From Candidatus Bathyarchaeota archaeon (GTDB lineage: Archaea; Thermoproteota; Bathyarchaeia; 40CM-2-53-6): a stretch of DNA of 64,000 bases. The notes below the pieces were generated by a model that saw only the letters and a program-made list of their open reading frames with translations, was not told the DNA's origin and ran no database searches. Numbering within the stretch: the stretch's first letter is position 1; each line of letters begins with the position of its first letter. Of this stretch, positions 61,202-64,000 are shown one piece after another. Made by a program: the position numbers and the translations under genes. Location: the NCBI GenBank assembly GCA_963733055.1, contig CAVTBR010000003.1:576001-640000 (forward strand), given 5' to 3'.

Positions 61202-61226
61202 TCCAATGATCGAAATCTAGGGGTTG

Positions 61227-61285
61227 GGTGCCGATTTTATCCAGCTACCAAAACCTAGCCTAGGTGCCGTGAACTATCCGTTACC
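61227..61285 (+). repeat. Element right end A (two sub-repeats 36 bp apart)
   Basis: ggtgccgattttatcc ... ggtgccgtgaactatccgttacc; homologous to 62884-62942. Confidence 0.8.
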
Positions 61286-61293
61286 CCCGAAAG

Positions 61294-61351
61294 GGTTCTG
61301 TCAAGTTGATGTCGGTTACTCATGTTTTTCCACCTTGTCAAGTTTCGTCGG
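61294..61351 (-). repeat. Element end D, inverted (two sub-repeats 36-37 bp apart)
   Basis: Minus strand reads ccgacgaaacttgacaagg ... ccgacatcaacttgacagaacc. Confidence 0.75.
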
Positions 61352-61580
61352 CTAGAATTTGCCAAATTCGTAATTAGAAGATGTGTGTTCGTAGAATTCG
61401 AGATAGTCGCATTTGTCACATCGATAGACATCAATCTTCTTTCCTCCGATTTTATGCTCTGCAATTTCCTCGTTTCTCTGGTCAATCCAAGGAATGACGT
61501 GGGCGATGTCACTCGGAACAAGTTTGCCGCCACATTTCGGACAACGCGGTATCTCGTGATCTCGGTTGAAATGAGCTCAT
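61352..61580 (-). CDS. Cargo Zn-ribbon protein with a 5' frameshift; the ORF track shows another frame
   Basis: PRCPKCGGKLVPSDIAHVIPW...IDVYRCDKCDYLEFY...*; the nearest ATG (61580) is one base out of frame. Confidence 0.65.
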
Positions 61581-61587
61581 AATTCAT

Positions 61588-61669
61588 CTACTCCAAACTC
61601 TCCTTTCGAGCGGCGTTCTGTATTAGCGTTATCCACTTGTTCTGCCCTTCAACACTGATTCCTGCTGCG
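61588..61669 (-). pseudogene. Transposase C-terminal fragment 3 (inverted)
   Basis: AAGISVEGQNKWITLIQNAARKESLE* on the minus strand. Confidence 0.8.
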
Positions 61670-61855
61670 AAAGCAGACACACCGATCTTAACAGGCATGC
61701 AAATTTTTCACAACTATCTACGGCCCCATGAGGCTTTGAATGGAAGAACACCCAGCGAGGCTGCGGGAATCAAGGTTGAAGGAGAGAACAAATGGATAAC
61801 CATAATACAAAACGCATCAAAGGAAGGAACCAACGACGATTCGAAGTCTTCATAG
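61670..61855 (+). pseudogene. Transposase C-terminal fragment 2
   Basis: DTPILTGMQIFHNYLRPHEALNGRTPSEAAGIKVEGENKWITIIQNA. Confidence 0.85.
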
Positions 61856-62869
61856 ATGCGACTTGTTACTTGCAAAAATTGCGGAGCCAAGGTCAGCGAC
61901 CAATACAGCTATTGTACGATATGTCAAGCTCCAATTAGTGCAGCTGCAATCGCGTCGAGCACTGAGACACGTGAACGCCGCCAAACACTGATTGAATCTG
62001 TGTATCTGCCAAAGAAACCCACGCCTGACCCAAAGACTTCCATTGAGCCGAAGAGACCCCAACGGCGTAGATGGAATTACGCAAGAAGTTCAGCCTCAAG
62101 AGGCAAACCAACAACTCACGGAGAACTTGCGATTCTGAATCAATCCTTATCAGGCATCGCAGCAAATCCCGTGATCTTGACTCCCGCCCTAGTTTCCGCG
62201 CTTAACGGCGTCCTGTTGTTATTTCTCATTGCAAGAACAACTCAAGCTTCTCAGGGAACAGAGATGTCACAAATCATTTGGGGCATCATCCCTTTGTTGT
62301 TTGTCAGTTTGTTCGTTGGTTTCCTCGTTACCATAGGCTTGGCATCTATGTCAGTGAATATCGTGATGGAGGGAAAATGCAACTTTTCTGATTGGGTGAC
62401 TGGTGTGAGAGAGTACTTTTGGAGGATACTGAACATATCGATTGTGGTCGGGATTCTCTTGGTAGTCGTTTTTGGAGGCATCTCATTGGTGCTACCCTTG
62501 GCAATCAAAGGGTTGGTTTTGAATCTGGTCGACGCTGGAACTATTTTGTTCTTGAACGTCTGTTATGCAGCAATTATGATTAGTGACGCGACTTTGCGAT
62601 CAGCGATAAATCTTGGGTTGAAAACTATCCGGATGTATTCACGAACATTCATAGGTTTCTCTCTTTTGCTCTTTGCTGTATTAGAGGTTAGGGCGATCCT
62701 TGAAGTTGGTTGGACAGGAAGTGAATCACTTTCTGTTTTGGTCTCACTGGGCATGAATGTACCGATGATAATGTATGCTGTGATGCAAGGCTTCTTGTGG
62801 CCGATATGGTCTTTGCTCAGCTCCACTCTCTATCGCAACTTTTCATTTCCGCAGGCTACAATGAAGTAA
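61856..62869 (+). CDS. Cargo: N-terminal Zn ribbon plus multi-TM domain
   Basis: CKNCG..YCTIC and about six TM helices; the ATG directly follows the stub TAG. Confidence 0.7.
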   Translation: MRLVTCKNCGAKVSDQYSYCTICQAPISAAAIASSTETRERRQTLIESVYLPKKPTPDPKTSIEPKRPQRRRWNYARSSASRGKPTTHGELAILNQSLSGIAANPVILTPALVSALNGVLLLFLIARTTQASQGTEMSQIIWGIIPLLFVSLFVGFLVTIGLASMSVNIVMEGKCNFSDWVTGVREYFWRILNISIVVGILLVVVFGGISLVLPLAIKGLVLNLVDAGTILFLNVCYAAIMISDATLRSAINLGLKTIRMYSRTFIGFSLLLFAVLEVRAILEVGWTGSESLSVLVSLGMNVPMIMYAVMQGFLWPIWSLLSSTLYRNFSFPQATMK

Positions 62870-62883
62870 CCGTGAGCAACTTC

Positions 62884-62942
62884 GGTGACGGTTTTATCCA
62901 CCGCCCTAAATCCTGCTTGGGTGACGTGAACTATCCGTTACC
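62884..62942 (+). repeat. Element right end B
   Basis: ggtgacggttttatcc ... ggtgacgtgaactatccgttacc, 36-bp spacing. Confidence 0.8.
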
Positions 62943-62955
62943 CCCCGAAGAAAGC

Positions 62956-63050
62956 CTCTTGAGAGAGAACGCAAGAAACGGATACTAGGCACAATCCCAG
63001 AAACGGCTAGAGTAATTCTGGGAGAATACCTAGCCAAGAATGAAGCTTGA
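62956..63050 (+). pseudogene. Possible 5'-truncated RHH-like gene remnant
   Basis: LERERKKRILGTIPETARVILGEYLAKNEA*; its stop overlaps the TTG at 63047. Confidence 0.4.
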
Positions 63051-63598
63051 AAGAGCTCATATCCTCTTACAAGGATTGGTGGCACTCACGATTTGTAGGT
63101 ATCCTATTCATTGCCTTTTCGTTCTCTGCTTTGGACCAAGGAATAACTGCCGTATCAAACGAGGTTATTGTCTCTGCTGAAATGCGTCAAATGGCTAATA
63201 GTACAAGCACTAATGGCACAAGCACGCTTCATCTTCAGGCCACCTCAAGTCTTCCTCTCTGGCCCAGCATTCTTTCGTTCACGATATTGCTAGTTTCATT
63301 GTTCGTGTTTTATCGTGTTGGAAATTCTGTTGACTTGAAGAACAACTATCTCCGCGTTGCCGTCTGCTTGTTTGTTGGTGGCAGTTTGGGCGGAAATTTC
63401 GGCCTTATAGTCGTACCGATGCTGATGATGTTCAGCGAATGTTCACTGGGATTGGCAACAGGGTGTTCCTTTGGTAATTTTCTGGTGCTTCCACTGTTGG
63501 TCATTCTCGAACCTCTCTCGCTTGGGTACGCCTTGAGTATGTTGTTTCGTGGCTTCTTCGCAATTGCTCTAGCCAATTTCAGAAAGAAACCCACGTAG
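63047..63598 (+). CDS. Cargo membrane protein (about 4 TM)
   Basis: 183 aa hydrophobic ORF ending a few bases before end C. Confidence 0.6.
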   Translation: MKELISSYKDWWHSRFVGILFIAFSFSALDQGITAVSNEVIVSAEMRQMANSTSTNGTSTLHLQATSSLPLWPSILSFTILLVSLFVFYRVGNSVDLKNNYLRVAVCLFVGGSLGGNFGLIVVPMLMMFSECSLGLATGCSFGNFLVLPLLVILEPLSLGYALSMLFRGFFAIALANFRKKPT

Positions 63599-63603
63599 GC
63601 CAA

Positions 63604-63663
63604 ATGAGCCGACAGTTAACGAGCAGATTTTCTTGGCCCATGAGCTAACAAGTTAACGTTACC
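63604..63663 (+). repeat. Element right end C
   Basis: atgagccgacagttaacg ... atgagctaacaagttaacgttacc, 36-bp spacing. Confidence 0.7.
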
Positions 63664-63669
63664 ACGGCG

Positions 63670-63682
63670 GTAAAGATTTATA
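63670..63682 (+). promoter_or_regulatory. BRE/TATA for htpX
   Basis: GTAAAGA-TTTATA about 45 bp before the ATG. Confidence 0.5.
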
Positions 63683-63725
63683 CCGGACTGTTACTTGAGG
63701 TAACAAAACTGCTGGTGAGTTAGGG

Positions 63726-64000
63726 ATGGTTTGGACGTTCATCAAAACTACTCTCTTAGTCGGTATCCTAACGGGCATACTGTTCGCCGTTGCTTACCTA
63801 ATGGGGTTAAACCCGATCGTAGCCTTGGGTTTCGCTGCAATCATGAACTTGATAATCTACTGGTTCAGCGACCGAATAGTTCTCCGAATGGGCCGCGCGA
63901 ATGTTGTGGGCGAGGAGGAAGCGCCGCGCGTCTATGCCGCTCTTCGAAGGCTCAACGTGGCCTCTGGAACTCCGATGCCGAAGGTTGCACTTGTGAATAG
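63726..64000 (+). CDS. htpX: HtpX-like M48 protease, runs off the window; the ORF track shows another frame
   Basis: MVWTFIKTTLLVGILTG...YWFSDRIVLRM...EEAPRVY...MPKVALVN. Confidence 0.85.
   Translation, partial: MVWTFIKTTLLVGILTGILFAVAYLMGLNPIVALGFAAIMNLIIYWFSDRIVLRMGRANVVGEEEAPRVYAALRRLNVASGTPMPKVALVN

Larger units (their letters stand above)
60272..63663. mobile_element. Nested array of IS6-like transposase stubs, cargo genes and terminal repeats
   Basis: Three transposase 3' fragments, five GGT-initiated termini and four cargo genes. Confidence 0.75.

Noticed and set aside
61255-61587. 110-aa ORF from the track as the cargo gene
   Set aside because: It crosses two element ends, and an alternative frame encodes a clear CxxC...CxxC ribbon.
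61227-63663. Repeats as CRISPR repeats or integron attC sites
   Set aside because: Spacing is gene-sized and irregular, there is no cas or intI gene, and no attC-type palindrome. The GGT termini and transposase stubs fit IS ends better.
63731-64000. 89-aa ORF from the track
   Set aside because: Wrong frame; HtpX starts at 63726.

Overview
Archaeal chromosome segment of TACK type, most likely Bathyarchaeia or a related lineage. This is inferred from TFEalpha, rpL38e, NAC, aMBF1, aTrm56, A-type ATPase A/B/D, intron-containing tRNAs, PGF/PEF-CTERM-like surface proteins and frequent TTG/GTG starts. Most of the window is housekeeping or metabolic (larE/larB, mdh, ggt, ppdK, guaA, an ammonia-lyase, ilvE). 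There is a surface-protein cluster at 1-8.4 kb and a variable region at 55-63.7 kb. The most unusual structure is at 60.27-63.66 kb: a nest of IS6-like transposase 3' stubs, each directly followed by a different cargo gene and a ~60-bp end made of two sub-repeats 36 bp apart and ending in ACC, resembling a cassette-like array of cargo-carrying IS derivatives. Other leads: a structured leader that pairs with the RBS of a SAMP/MoaD gene next to larE/larB; a TFS-like Zn-ribbon microprotein divergent from an RHH-nucleotidyltransferase fusion; twin 14-repeat beta-propeller surface proteins flanking a missed RHH gene; a glycosyltransferase/radical-SAM pair; a relic island at tRNA-Val; and a Tyr-rich surface protein. 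Five single-base indels, including one in atpB, suggest consensus errors. All calls come from motif recognition by eye; no database search was run.
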